In this document: positions 38,446 to 47,651 of the stretch, piece after piece | Position numbering within the stretch: position 1 is the stretch's first letter | Layout of the letters: every line of letters starts with the position of its first letter | Assembly: GCA_938003525.1 (NCBI GenBank) | Contig: CALKYM010000053.1 | Coordinates: 882 to 64,881 of the forward strand | Length of the DNA: 64,000 nucleotides | Direction: 5' to 3' | Origin: an uncultured Planctomycetales bacterium | GTDB taxonomy: Bacteria > Planctomycetota > Planctomycetia > Pirellulales > JAEUIK01 | Notes under the pieces: generated by a model | Told to the model about the DNA's origin: nothing | The model's input: only the letters and a program-made list of their open reading frames with translations | The model's database searches: none | Translations under genes and position numbers: made by a program

Positions 38446-39732
38446 TCAGCCAAAGATCCGGTCGCGTCGCGCCTTGTTGTAGGCCAGCTTCTCGGCCTGG
38501 GTCATGCGGCTGAAATCGGGCGAGTCACCTGACTCGGCGATCACTGGGGCGTCCATGTTAGCCGTTGTCGAAGCGCCCTTCGACGTCGCCGAACATCCGC
38601 ACGCGCTCGCAGTTTTCGATTCGCATCCGCAACCGCTCTTCGACGGCACCACTGCTGAACGATCGCCCGCTGGCGGAATCGCCGCGGGTACGCTCGTGCT
38701 CGAACCGTGGTAGCTCATCACGTTCGTCTCGATTTGCAGATCGTCTTCCAGACTGCGCTTGGGCTTGATATTGAGCTTGGACAGCACCGAGTGATAGGCG
38801 CGAACGGCTTCTTCCGGCGCGATTGCACCATCGGCGATCAGCCGCAAAAACTCGATGAACGCGAGCTGCGATTCGGCATTGTTGATCTTACGGCCGAATA
38901 GAGCAACGCGAGCGCCGTACTTTTTCGCTTCGGCCAACAGCTTGAAGGCGTCGAGCGTGGTTCCCGCCGCACCGCCGAGAATCCCGACTACGAGATGCGG
39001 ATCGTACGCGACCAACTCCTCCATCGCCTTGGGCCCATGATAGACGACCTTGAGGAACAGCGGACGCGAAGCCGAAGGGACGCCGGCCAGTGTCCGCGCG
39101 ATCGCATCATTCACGAACGACGGAATCTGCTCGTGCGTAAGGTCTGCCGGCGCGTTGGGATCGAAGACTTCGAGAAAGTGGTGGAAGCCCGTGCGTTCGG
39201 CTTCAGCGCGGAACTGCTTGTAGGTTTCCAGCGCCGCCAGATCTTCGTCGAGTCGGTTGTTGAACGTGATGCTATACAGTCCAAGATTGGCGCCGCGCGC
39301 CCTTTCGGCCGGCTGGCACTCGGTACGGCCGCACTGAATCTGATCGATTGACGCCGTACGAAACGGTCGCGAAGGCTCCGCGACGTAGCCGGCTCCGCGC
39401 AGGACAAAGATGTCGCTCGTATCGTTGGCTCGCGCCGCCGGGGTCACGGCACTGTTCTCGAAGAGGCCTTCCTGGATGGCGAGCTGATCGCATGTGCTGG
39501 CCGACATGAGCATGATGTCGACCAGGCCCTGCCGCACGATCTGGCGAATCTGTTCGCGGTATTCCGCCAATGTGCGGAAGCTCGGCTCACCGGCGTGCAT
39601 CTCGGGCGAAAGACCAGGAGCGCCGACGCCGAACGCCATGTCGGCATCTTTCGCGTCCGCCAGAATGAAGTCCTTGGCGCCCGAAGGATCGGCGTGAATG
39701 GCGGCCAGCTTACGGTCTAGCGATTTTTCCAT
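38446..39732 (-). CDS. class I aldolase-like TIM-barrel protein (LacD/DhnA-like) with Cys-containing low-complexity C-terminal tail; last gene of the BMC operon
   Basis: 428-aa ORF with ATG at 39732, 68 nt downstream of the LDH-like gene on the same strand. KDFILADAKDADM, FLKVVYHGPKAM and VGILGGAAGTTLDAFKLLAEAKKYGARVALFGRKIN resemble class I aldolase barrel strands. The tail reads ...SGCGCESKTASACGCSATS...MTQAEKLAYNKARRDRIFG. The family assignment is from memory-based pattern matching only. Confidence 0.55.
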   Translation of the reverse strand: MEKSLDRKLAAIHADPSGAKDFILADAKDADMAFGVGAPGLSPEMHAGEPSFRTLAEYREQIRQIVRQGLVDIMLMSASTCDQLAIQEGLFENSAVTPAARANDTSDIFVLRGAGYVAEPSRPFRTASIDQIQCGRTECQPAERARGANLGLYSITFNNRLDEDLAALETYKQFRAEAERTGFHHFLEVFDPNAPADLTHEQIPSFVNDAIARTLAGVPSASRPLFLKVVYHGPKAMEELVAYDPHLVVGILGGAAGTTLDAFKLLAEAKKYGARVALFGRKINNAESQLAFIEFLRLIADGAIAPEEAVRAYHSVLSKLNIKPKRSLEDDLQIETNVMSYHGSSTSVPAAIPPAGDRSAVVPSKSGCGCESKTASACGCSATSKGASTTANMDAPVIAESGDSPDFSRMTQAEKLAYNKARRDRIFG

Positions 39733-39800
39733 CGAATCAAGACTTCCGTCGTCCGCGATGCACTATGCCGGGCGGTGCCGATGCCGTCGAAGTGACGCCC

Positions 39801-40745
39801 CTACCGCACGGCGGCGACGCGCGACAACACCGTGTCGATCGTGCTCCGCAGTGCCTGACCGCTTGTCTTCATGCCCTGTATCTCCTTGGGCCACAACTCG
39901 AACTCATGAGTGGCCACCACTCCAGCTCGCCCCACAATCGTTGGGACGGAAAGCGAAACGTCGCGCAGTCCATAACAACCGTTCTGACGGCTCGACACGG
40001 GGAGAATCTGGCGGCGATCTTCGACGATGTTGGCAATCACGTCGCGAATGGCCAGGCCGACGGCGAAACCCGCGCCGCCCTTGCGTTTGATCACTTCCGC
40101 GCCGGAACCCTTTGTACGCTGAAAGAGCTCATTGTTGAGCGACGGCGTCCAGGCCGGGTGTTTCTCCAACGGCAGGGCAGCCACCGTGGCGCTGGACCAA
40201 CACGGCACCATGCTGTCGCCGTGCTCGCCCAGAATGAGCGCCGAGACTTGTGTCGGCGGTGCGGCGATGCGTTCGGCAATCAAACTCTGAAAACGCAGCG
40301 TGTCGAGCAGCGTGCCCAAGCCTATGATTTGTGTGTTCGGCAGGTCGAGCAATTCGGTCGCCAAGTGCGTGAGCACGTCGACAGGGTTCGACACCACAAG
40401 CAGGACGGTGTCAGAACGCAGACCGGCGCGGCGAACCTCGTCCAGAATCGACACGAACAAATCGACGTTGCGATTGATCAAGTCGAGGCGGCTCTCATCC
40501 GGCTTGCGGCGCAGGCCGGCCGTAATGCAGATCACCTCGCTATCGGCGATGTGCTCGTAGCCGCCGGAAGTAATCGCCTGATCGGCGGTCGTGGCGCTGC
40601 CGTGCAGCAGGTCGAGCGCCTGCCCGGCGGCCAACTCGACGTTCACGTCCAACAGCGCGATCTCATTGCCAACGCCGCCAGTCTGCAGCGCAAATGCGGC
40701 GCACGATCCGACGAGGCCACCGCCGCCAATAATGCTGATCTTCAT
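39801..40745 (-). CDS. L-lactate/malate dehydrogenase-family NAD-dependent 2-hydroxyacid dehydrogenase
   Basis: 314-aa ORF with ATG at 40745. MKISIIGGGGLVGS is a Rossmann motif. VVSNPVDVLTH and the catalytic-His motif ILGEHGDSMVP are present. Confidence 0.8.
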   Translation of the reverse strand: MKISIIGGGGLVGSCAAFALQTGGVGNEIALLDVNVELAAGQALDLLHGSATTADQAITSGGYEHIADSEVICITAGLRRKPDESRLDLINRNVDLFVSILDEVRRAGLRSDTVLLVVSNPVDVLTHLATELLDLPNTQIIGLGTLLDTLRFQSLIAERIAAPPTQVSALILGEHGDSMVPCWSSATVAALPLEKHPAWTPSLNNELFQRTKGSGAEVIKRKGGAGFAVGLAIRDVIANIVEDRRQILPVSSRQNGCYGLRDVSLSVPTIVGRAGVVATHEFELWPKEIQGMKTSGQALRSTIDTVLSRVAAVR

Positions 40746-40787
40746 CCCGTTGTCTTTCTTGGCATCGGTCGCTGAGACGCCTGACGA

Positions 40788-41690
40788 CTACTGCTGCTGA
40801 AGTGCGGAGATCACGCGATCGGTGATGGTTTGCACGAGCGTCTCTTCATCCATCGTCCGCAAGACGGCCGGAGCTGCTCCGCCTGGAGCCGACATGGCCT
40901 CGACGACATTTCGCTGAACACCACTTGCATCACCACCATGAGGCGACGCCGGAAAGGCGTTCGCGTCGACGCCGGCCCCACGCCAGCTCTCGCGAAACGT
41001 GTCGTTTGCACACAGGTCGCAGTCTTGCAGGTCGGCGCCTAGCCGCGGATCTTTGAAGCCCAGTCGCTGCTTGAGATCAAGCAGTTCCTGGGTCTGCTGC
41101 GGCGTGAAGTAATTCACCCGGCCCAGATTGCGCGAGAGCATCAGAATGCGGCAGTAGGCGTCGAGGATTTCCGTCCACCAGTACGCCTGTTCCAGCGATT
41201 CACCGAAGCTGACCGTGCCGTGATTGGCCAAAATCATCACGTTGCACTTGTCCACGTAGGGCAGCACCGTGTCCGCAAACTTCTGCGTGCCCGGCGTTTC
41301 GTACTCGGCAATCGGGACTTCGCCCAAGAAGACCTCGACCTCGGGCAGCACGCACTGTGGAATTGGCTCACGGGCCACGGCAAATGCCGTCGCATGCGGT
41401 GGATGGCAGTGCACGCAGGCTTTCATGTCCGGTCGCTGTTTCATGATGGCCAGATGCAACAGGACTTCGCTGGTCCGTTTGCGGCGGCCGGAAAGTTGAT
41501 TGCCGTCCAAGTCGACCGTGCACATATCTTCGGGCTGCATGAAGCCCTTGCAGATCATCGTCGGCGTGCACAGCACTTCGTTGTCGCTCAGGCGATAAGT
41601 GATGTTGCCGTCGTTGGCCGCAGCGAAGCCGCGGTCGTACACACGGCGGCCGATTTCGCAGATTTCGCGTTTCAGTTGAAAAACGTTCAT
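40788..41690 (-). CDS. class II aldolase/adducin-family aldolase (fuculose/rhamnulose-1-phosphate aldolase-like) with C-terminal extension
   Basis: 300-aa ORF with ATG at 41690. AANDGNITYRL, CVHCHPPHATAFA and LANHGTVSFGESLEQA carry the zinc His ligands. A ~70-aa C-terminal extension ends EETLVQTITDRVISALQQQ. Confidence 0.85.
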   Translation of the reverse strand: MNVFQLKREICEIGRRVYDRGFAAANDGNITYRLSDNEVLCTPTMICKGFMQPEDMCTVDLDGNQLSGRRKRTSEVLLHLAIMKQRPDMKACVHCHPPHATAFAVAREPIPQCVLPEVEVFLGEVPIAEYETPGTQKFADTVLPYVDKCNVMILANHGTVSFGESLEQAYWWTEILDAYCRILMLSRNLGRVNYFTPQQTQELLDLKQRLGFKDPRLGADLQDCDLCANDTFRESWRGAGVDANAFPASPHGGDASGVQRNVVEAMSAPGGAAPAVLRTMDEETLVQTITDRVISALQQQ

Positions 41691-41748
41691 TATCCTGCCA
41701 TTCGTCAGTTGATTGGTGTGTGACGGTGTTGTTTCTTGATTCGTTTGC

Positions 41749-42051
41749 TTACTTCAACGAACGCCGCGCGGGCACGAGATCGAGACTGTCGATGATTGCG
41801 GCGTTGGAGGCGTCGATCGGTTTGATCTCGGGCAGAAAGGGCTGCGCCGCCTCGGTTCCCTGAGAAACGGCCACCAGTGAGCCATTGCCCGCACTCAGAT
41901 CGTCGTAGATCACGATCGCCTCGTCGCGCGCATCGCTGGTCCCCTGCAAGTTTTCCAGGCTGCGCGGAACGGCCAGGCAAAACCGCCCACCCTTCAGACT
42001 GGAGTGTGCGCGACTGAGCGTGACGGTGCCGATCACCTCCGCGACGATCAT
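41749..42051 (-). CDS. BMC-P pentameric vertex protein (EutN/CcmL family)
   Basis: ORF 41749..42174, with the start moved to ATG 42051. MIVAEVIGTVTLSRAHSSLKGGRFCLAV...AIVIYDDLSAGNGSLVAVSQGTEAA follows the EutN/CcmL pattern. Confidence 0.8.
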   Translation of the reverse strand: MIVAEVIGTVTLSRAHSSLKGGRFCLAVPRSLENLQGTSDARDEAIVIYDDLSAGNGSLVAVSQGTEAAQPFLPEIKPIDASNAAIIDSLDLVPARRSLK

Positions 42052-42091
42052 GTCGTGCTCCTCTTCAATTCCCTCTTCGCAACGCTGCCCG

Positions 42092-42826
42092 TTACCGCAA
42101 CCGCTCCGGACACGTCGGCAGGCCGGCTGCAATGAACTGCACGGCGATTTGCTGCACCGCGTACTGCCCGACACGTTGTGCGTCGACGATGATCAGGTTT
42201 GCGCCGATGGTGCGCTTTACCTCTTCGAATTCTTCGCGATTGTTCACTGCCGCCGCCCGAACGGCAGCGTGACGGTTCGCTCGGCACGCGGCGGCAGCCG
42301 GCGAGTCGGTCAATAGCAAGCCTAGCTTTTCTCCGCTCGACACCGCCCCGACCACAACGTCGACTGCCTCGACGAATGTTGCCGCCCCGAGACGTTCCGG
42401 GGTGTGTCCTCGTTTCTGCAACCAGTCGATCAAGCCTATCGGGCAGGCCGCGGTATCGGCCGTCGCCACGACAAGTTGCGTCGCGCTTCCGGTGGCCCGA
42501 GCGTTCGTCGCCCGTTGCAGGCTGCCGCCCGCCTCTCGGATGACATCGCGCGCCGCCGGAGTAACGATCGTTCCAGGCGGCACGACGAGCGTCTGCCCCG
42601 GTTGCAATCGCTCAGTCACGTCGGACGCAGCGATGACGGGACGATCGATACGCAGTGCGGCCTGCTCGGTTTCCTCCGTGGTTCTTGGTTCGACAACGCG
42701 CCCGCTGAGCACTGCACCAGAGCGATCCTCGGTCAACCGCCGCATGACCTCGCGCACCACGAGATCGACGTCGATGTTGGCCGCGCTCGCGTCGGTAGAT
42801 CGTCGATCCTTTCCTGGCGAAATCAC
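42092..42826 (-). CDS. BMC-associated hypothetical protein with degenerate RpiB/LacAB-like C-terminal domain
   Basis: 244-aa ORF with GTG at 42826, located between two BMC-P genes. DVDLVVREVMRRLTE is an amphipathic helix. The C-terminus LGLLLTDSPAAAACRANRHAAVRAAAV...GANLIIVDAQRVGQYAVQQIAVQFI follows the RpiB/LacAB pattern but lacks the CGTG turn. Confidence 0.5.
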   Translation of the reverse strand: MISPGKDRRSTDASAANIDVDLVVREVMRRLTEDRSGAVLSGRVVEPRTTEETEQAALRIDRPVIAASDVTERLQPGQTLVVPPGTIVTPAARDVIREAGGSLQRATNARATGSATQLVVATADTAACPIGLIDWLQKRGHTPERLGAATFVEAVDVVVGAVSSGEKLGLLLTDSPAAAACRANRHAAVRAAAVNNREEFEEVKRTIGANLIIVDAQRVGQYAVQQIAVQFIAAGLPTCPERLR

Positions 42827-42875
42827 GTCGATACGGTTCTCTGCTCGAAGTCGCTGGGCATAAGCACACAGTCGA

Positions 42876-43151
42876 TCATGCTGTTCCCGATCCCGAGTCT
42901 CTCAGCCCGATCACCGACCACCGCGCCGGCGAGCGGTCGTCTCCAACCATCTCGCGCGTGCTGCGGCCGTCGTTGGTGATCACGACAACCTCTTCTTTTC
43001 CGGCCCCTAACATGTCGACGGCCAACTGCGGGGGACCGTCGTGGCTCTCCCCGTCGGACATCAGCGGCTGCACAAGCAGCAGGCGCCATCCAGACAGCGA
43101 CGGATGCTTGACCGTCGACGTTACGCTGCCGATGACCCGTCCCAGTTGCAT
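42876..43151 (-). CDS. BMC-P pentameric vertex protein (EutN/CcmL family)
   Basis: 91-aa ORF with ATG at 43151. MQLGRVIGSVTSTVKHPSLSGWRLLLVQPL...EEVVVITNDGRSTREMVG matches the family. Confidence 0.8.
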   Translation of the reverse strand: MQLGRVIGSVTSTVKHPSLSGWRLLLVQPLMSDGESHDGPPQLAVDMLGAGKEEVVVITNDGRSTREMVGDDRSPARWSVIGLRDSGSGTA

Positions 43152-43185
43152 GGCATTGATTGCCGTGGATGAACGTTGTTGTGTT

Positions 43186-44619
43186 TTACCTGCCGAGGAT
43201 CCGCAGGTCGTCGATCATCGAACAGCGGCGCTCGCGCGTGAAACTGAGCGGCGTGGTAACACCTTCGCCGGTCGGCGTAGCGATGGAGAACGACAGGTAA
43301 CCCTCGCCACCCACGCCCAGCGACGCCATGCTCGGCCCGTTCTTGACGAACAGCGTTGTATCCATTGCGCGGCCCATCTTGGTCATGTTTCGCACGTTAT
43401 TGGAGTGAATGATGCTCGTGTGACGATAGCCATGTTCGTAGTGCTTGGCTTTGGCAATCGCTTCGTCGACGTTTCGCGTGCGAACAATGGGCACGAAGGG
43501 CATCATCTGCTCGACGGCCACAAACGGGTTTGATTCGTCGGTCTCGCCAAACAGCAGCTCGGTCTTGGGCATCACGTTCTTGCCAACCGCCCGGGCCAGC
43601 ACGGCTGCGTCTTGACCCAAATACTCTTTCGAAGGCACCAAATGCGTGTGCTGGCCTTCGCCGGTGGGAATCATGGCAGCCTTCGTCAAGGCGTCGACTT
43701 CGCGGCTATCGAGCCGCGCGGCGCCGGCTTGTTCGAGTGCGCTCATCAGCTTGTCAGCCACATTGGCCACCACGAACACCTCTTTCTCCGCGATGCACAA
43801 CAGATTGTTGTCGTAAGCGCCACCTTGAATGATCGATCGAGCGGCGCGCGCTAGGTCGGCCGTCTCATCGACCACCACGGGCGGATTGCCCGGCCCGGCG
43901 ACGATGGCCCGCTTGCCGCACTGCATGGCCGCGCGAGCCACACCGGGACCACCCGTGACGCAAATCAGCGCCACGCCGCGATGATTGAAGACCTGCTCGG
44001 CCGTCTCCAGTGTTGGCTCGGCAATCAGGCAGATAAGGTTGTCGATACCAATGTCGGCGGCGATGGCCTCGTTGAACCGCCGCACGCCTTCGGCTGCCAC
44101 GCGCTTGCCGCTGGGATGCGGATTCACCACCAACGTGTTGCCGCCGGCAATCATGCTCACGGCGTTGCCCGTGATGGTCGGTAGCGAGTGCGTCACGGGC
44201 GTGATGGCGCCGATCACACCAAACGGCGCGTGTTCGATCACGGCCAATCCGTGGTCGCCGCTGTAGACTTCGCTGCGCAGAAACTCGACGCCCGGCGTGT
44301 CGCGACCGAGCGTTTCGAGCTTCTCGATCTTGTGTTCGAGCCGGCCGATCTTCGTCTCCTCCATCTCCATCGTGCCCAGCTCGACGCGTTGGTCGATGGA
44401 GATGCGCCGGATGTGATCGATGATCCGCCGCCGATCTTCTACGGTCCGCTCGCAGAGCCGCTCGAAAGCCTCTCCTGCCGCTGCGACGGCTTCGTCGACG
44501 CAATCGAAGATCCCGTGCCGCCCGTGATGGCCGCGTCCTGTCGGAGTCGGCGGTGCACCCGTCATCTGGGAAAGCACTTCCTGGACGACGCTGCGAATCA
44601 AAGTTTCGGTGGTTTGCAT
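43186..44619 (-). CDS. CoA-acylating aldehyde dehydrogenase (PduP/EutE-like) with N-terminal encapsulation-peptide-like helix
   Basis: 477-aa ORF with ATG at 44619. The N-terminus reads [19 protein letters not shown]. The catalytic Cys context is [15 protein letters not shown]. The length and pattern fit BMC aldehyde dehydrogenases. Confidence 0.85.
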   Translation of the reverse strand: MQTTETLIRSVVQEVLSQMTGAPPTPTGRGHHGRHGIFDCVDEAVAAAGEAFERLCERTVEDRRRIIDHIRRISIDQRVELGTMEMEETKIGRLEHKIEKLETLGRDTPGVEFLRSEVYSGDHGLAVIEHAPFGVIGAITPVTHSLPTITGNAVSMIAGGNTLVVNPHPSGKRVAAEGVRRFNEAIAADIGIDNLICLIAEPTLETAEQVFNHRGVALICVTGGPGVARAAMQCGKRAIVAGPGNPPVVVDETADLARAARSIIQGGAYDNNLLCIAEKEVFVVANVADKLMSALEQAGAARLDSREVDALTKAAMIPTGEGQHTHLVPSKEYLGQDAAVLARAVGKNVMPKTELLFGETDESNPFVAVEQMMPFVPIVRTRNVDEAIAKAKHYEHGYRHTSIIHSNNVRNMTKMGRAMDTTLFVKNGPSMASLGVGGEGYLSFSIATPTGEGVTTPLSFTRERRCSMIDDLRILGR

Positions 44620-44683
44620 GGTATTGCTGATCTGGTGGAATCAAGTGCCGTTGATACGTGGTCCGTCTCGTTGCGCGCCGCGA

Positions 44684-45016
44684 TCAGTGGCCGGACGTCG
44701 CCTTGTCGTTCTCGCGGTGAAATACGCAGTCGTGGTCGACGTGCACGCTGTCGACGATGCCGATGATCGCCGCGTCGACCGGCAGTGACTTTGTCTCCGG
44801 TGTCAGTCGGGCGCTGGAGCCTTGCACGATCAAGACGAATTCCCCTTCGCCGGCGCCGACCGTATCGACGGCGACGAACGTGCGTCCCGTGGCCTTCAGC
44901 CGCGTACGATCAGCCTCGTCGACGCGGTAAGGCTCCACGATCATGAGCTTCTGGCCGACCATCGTGTCGACCTTTTGGGTGGCTACGACGTGCCCGGTGA
45001 CTTTGGCGACGAACAT
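44684..45016 (-). CDS. BMC-P pentameric vertex protein (EutN/CcmL family)
   Basis: ORF 44684..45421, with the start moved to ATG 45016, 4 nt after the ackA stop. MFVAKVTGHVVATQKVDTMVGQKLMIVEP...GEFVLIVQGSSARL...AIIGIVDSV matches the family. Confidence 0.85.
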   Translation of the reverse strand: MFVAKVTGHVVATQKVDTMVGQKLMIVEPYRVDEADRTRLKATGRTFVAVDTVGAGEGEFVLIVQGSSARLTPETKSLPVDAAIIGIVDSVHVDHDCVFHRENDKATSGH

Positions 45017-45020
45017 GCGA

Positions 45021-46205
45021 TCAGGCCTCCAGCAGTCGGCGGACCTCGCGGGCGACGACCAGTTCTTCGTTGGTGGGGACAACCCAAATCTGCACGCGGC
45101 TGCCGTCGGTGTGAATCGATCCTTCTCGTGGCGCCGAACTGTTGGCCGCCTCGTCGAGCAGTATGCCCAGTTCATCCAGCCCCGCGCACACGAGCTGCCG
45201 GACGTCGACGCCGTTTTCGCCAATGCCGCCAGTGAAGACGATTGCCTCGGCACCGCCCAGTTCGACGAGATACGCGCCCAGATAGTGCCGCACCGAGGCG
45301 ATGAACACGTCGAGCGCCAACCGAGCTCGCTCGTCACCGCTGGCGGCGGCTTGTTCCAAATCGCGGACATCCCCGCTGGTGCCACTGAGCCCCAAGAGCC
45401 CGCTGCGGCAGGCCAGATCATCGAGCAACTCGTCGAGCGACTTGCCCAGCCGCTCCATCAGCACCGGCAGCGCGAAGACGTCGAAGTCGCCTACGCGGTT
45501 GTTGTGTGGCAGCCCAGTCTGCGGGCTCATACCGAGGCTGTTCGCGACGCTCTGCCCGCCACGTATGGCGCACAGGGAGGCCGAACCGCCCAAATGGCAC
45601 GAAATCACCCGGGCATCCTCGCGGCCCAGCAACTCGGCCATACGTCCGGCGATGTAGCGGTGGCTCGCGCCATGAAAACCCCACCGCTGCACGCCATGTT
45701 GCTCGGCCCACTGGACCGGAACGGCGTAGTGCCTGTTGCCCGCGGGAATCGTCGCGTGAAAGGCCGTCTCGAACGCTGCCACCAAGGGAATCTCCGGAAG
45801 TCGTTCGGCCAACAGTCTCATCGCACGCACGTAAGGCGGGTTGTGTGCGGGTGCAACTCGCGCCATCGACTCCATGTCCGCCAGTACGTCAGTCGTCACG
45901 CGCTGCGCTCCGCTAGTGAGTCCACCATGCACCGCCTTAAAGCCAATGCCCGCCACCTCAGCCGCGTCGCCCAAGCAACCGGATTCCGAATCCGTGAGCT
46001 GCTCCAGACACAAACGGACAGCTTCGGCGTGGTCGGGCACCTGACGTTCGTCATCCCGGCGGTTGCCGCCCACTTCGACAAACAACCGGCTCGATGAGCT
46101 ACCAATGCGTTCGATGCCGCCGCGCGCGAGCTGCTGCTCGCCGTGCATGTCAAACAGGCGATACTTGAAGCTCGTCGAACCGATATTGGCAACGAGAACC
46201 TTCAC
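45021..46205 (-). CDS. ackA: acetate (acyl) kinase
   Basis: 394-aa ORF with ATG at 46205. [32 protein letters not shown] and [10 protein letters not shown] are present. Confidence 0.9.
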   Translation of the reverse strand: MKVLVANIGSTSFKYRLFDMHGEQQLARGGIERIGSSSSRLFVEVGGNRRDDERQVPDHAEAVRLCLEQLTDSESGCLGDAAEVAGIGFKAVHGGLTSGAQRVTTDVLADMESMARVAPAHNPPYVRAMRLLAERLPEIPLVAAFETAFHATIPAGNRHYAVPVQWAEQHGVQRWGFHGASHRYIAGRMAELLGREDARVISCHLGGSASLCAIRGGQSVANSLGMSPQTGLPHNNRVGDFDVFALPVLMERLGKSLDELLDDLACRSGLLGLSGTSGDVRDLEQAAASGDERARLALDVFIASVRHYLGAYLVELGGAEAIVFTGGIGENGVDVRQLVCAGLDELGILLDEAANSSAPREGSIHTDGSRVQIWVVPTNEELVVAREVRRLLEA

Positions 46206-46286
46206 GATGAATCCGTCCTCCGCCGACCATCGCGATGACAGCCGGCTGGCATTCGGCGAAAAGCCTGTACTGGCCCCCTCGCCGCA

Positions 46287-46556
46287 CTACTCCAAGTAAG
46301 CAGCAATCAGGCCCTCGGCTGGCCGCGGAATGACGTGACTGGCCACCAGCTCACCAATCTGCGAGGCGGTCGAGGCACCGGCTTCGACGGCCGCACGGAC
46401 GCTGCCGACGTCGCCGCGGACGATGGTCGTCACATAGGCGCCGCCGATCTGAATCTGCTTGACGATGTCGACGTTGGCCGCTTTGGCCATGGCGTCGGTG
46501 GCTTCGACCAGCGCGATCAAGCCTCGCGTTTCAATCAATCCGATCGCGTCTTGCAT
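46287..46556 (-). CDS. BMC-H hexameric shell protein (PduA/EutM-like, single BMC domain)
   Basis: 89-aa ORF. MQDAIGLIETRGLIALVEATDAMAKAANVDIV...GGAYVTTIVRGDVGSVRAAVEAG...HVIPRP matches the family. Confidence 0.9.
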   Translation of the reverse strand: MQDAIGLIETRGLIALVEATDAMAKAANVDIVKQIQIGGAYVTTIVRGDVGSVRAAVEAGASTASQIGELVASHVIPRPAEGLIAAYLE

Positions 46557-46601
46557 GGTGTTGACCCTTGTGCAAATGAAGTGTGTTGTTGATGCATGCC
46601 G

Positions 46602-46916
46602 CTAGGCTTTCGCGGTCCGCGTCGAGCGGCCGCTGACGCCACTGGGAAGAACAGTCGGCAGGTCTTCATGCGGTCGTGGAATGACCTGCACGGCCACCAC
46701 TTCGCCAATCCGCGCCGCGGCCGAAGCCCCGGCATCGGTTGCCGCCTTTACGGCGGCCACGTCGCCGGTGACGAATGCCGTGACGAGACCACTGCCGATC
46801 TTGGACCAGCCCATGAACTCGACGTTGGCAGCTTTGATCATTGCGTCGCTGGCCTCGAACAAGGACACGAGCCCCTTGGTTTCGATCATGCCTAGCGCTT
46901 CCATCGATTTGGCCAT
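46602..46916 (-). CDS. BMC-H hexameric shell protein (single BMC domain, short C-terminal extension)
   Basis: 104-aa [32 protein letters not shown]...[21 protein letters not shown]...[10 protein letters not shown] is followed by the tail [18 protein letters not shown]. Confidence 0.9.
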   Translation of the reverse strand: MAKSMEALGMIETKGLVSLFEASDAMIKAANVEFMGWSKIGSGLVTAFVTGDVAAVKAATDAGASAAARIGEVVAVQVIPRPHEDLPTVLPSGVSGRSTRTAKA

Positions 46917-46953
46917 CTCTTGGTACTCCCGTTCGCAGGAAAGATCGCTTCGG

Positions 46954-47616
46954 TTACTGTTTCAAAAGTTCCACGTGATCCGCGTGATCGAGATCGGCGG
47001 CGTTGCCTTCATCCGTGTCCAGATGCACTTCCAGCTTGCTCGTGGCGTCCGCCCGCACGAGCAGGTCTTCGAATACGACGGTGCACGTCGACCGCACCCG
47101 GAGGCTCATGCGGTGGCCCGGCTCGACGCCATAGTGCGCCGCATCATTGAGGCTCATGTGAACGTGCCGCTCGGCGCGAATCACGCCCTCGCTCAGCTCG
47201 ACCACGCCTTGCGGTCCCACGAGCACACAGCCCGGCGTATCGCTGATCTTGCCGCTGGCTCGCACCGGGGCATCGATTCCCAGTGAGATACAATCGGTGA
47301 ACGCCAGCTCCACCTGACTGTGCGGGCGCGTGGGCCCAAGCACGCGGACGGCGGGCAACATTCGCCGCCGCGGGCCAACGACCATCACGGTCTCTTCGGC
47401 CGCGTAGAAACCATCCTGGTAGAGGGGCTTCATCGGCGTGAGCGTATGGCCCACTCCGAAGAGGGTCTCCACATGCTCATCGGTGAGATGCAGATGCCGC
47501 GCGGAGACGCTGACCACCAACTCCGGCGATTCGCTGCGGCCGCCGACGTTGCGCAGTACGATCTCACGCACGATGCGCTCAACCGTACCTCGATCGATCG
47601 TGCTCGTCGTGCTCAT
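46954..47616 (-). CDS. pduL: phosphate acyltransferase PduL (BMC-type phosphotransacylase)
   Basis: 220-aa ORF with ATG at 47616. Two PduL repeats are present: [20 protein letters not shown] and [18 protein letters not shown]. The N-terminal helix is [17 protein letters not shown]. Confidence 0.85.
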   Translation of the reverse strand: MSTTSTIDRGTVERIVREIVLRNVGGRSESPELVVSVSARHLHLTDEHVETLFGVGHTLTPMKPLYQDGFYAAEETVMVVGPRRRMLPAVRVLGPTRPHSQVELAFTDCISLGIDAPVRASGKISDTPGCVLVGPQGVVELSEGVIRAERHVHMSLNDAAHYGVEPGHRMSLRVRSTCTVVFEDLLVRADATSKLEVHLDTDEGNAADLDHADHVELLKQ

Positions 47617-47651
47617 CGCAATACGACTATTGAACTCTCAAGCAAGCTGAT

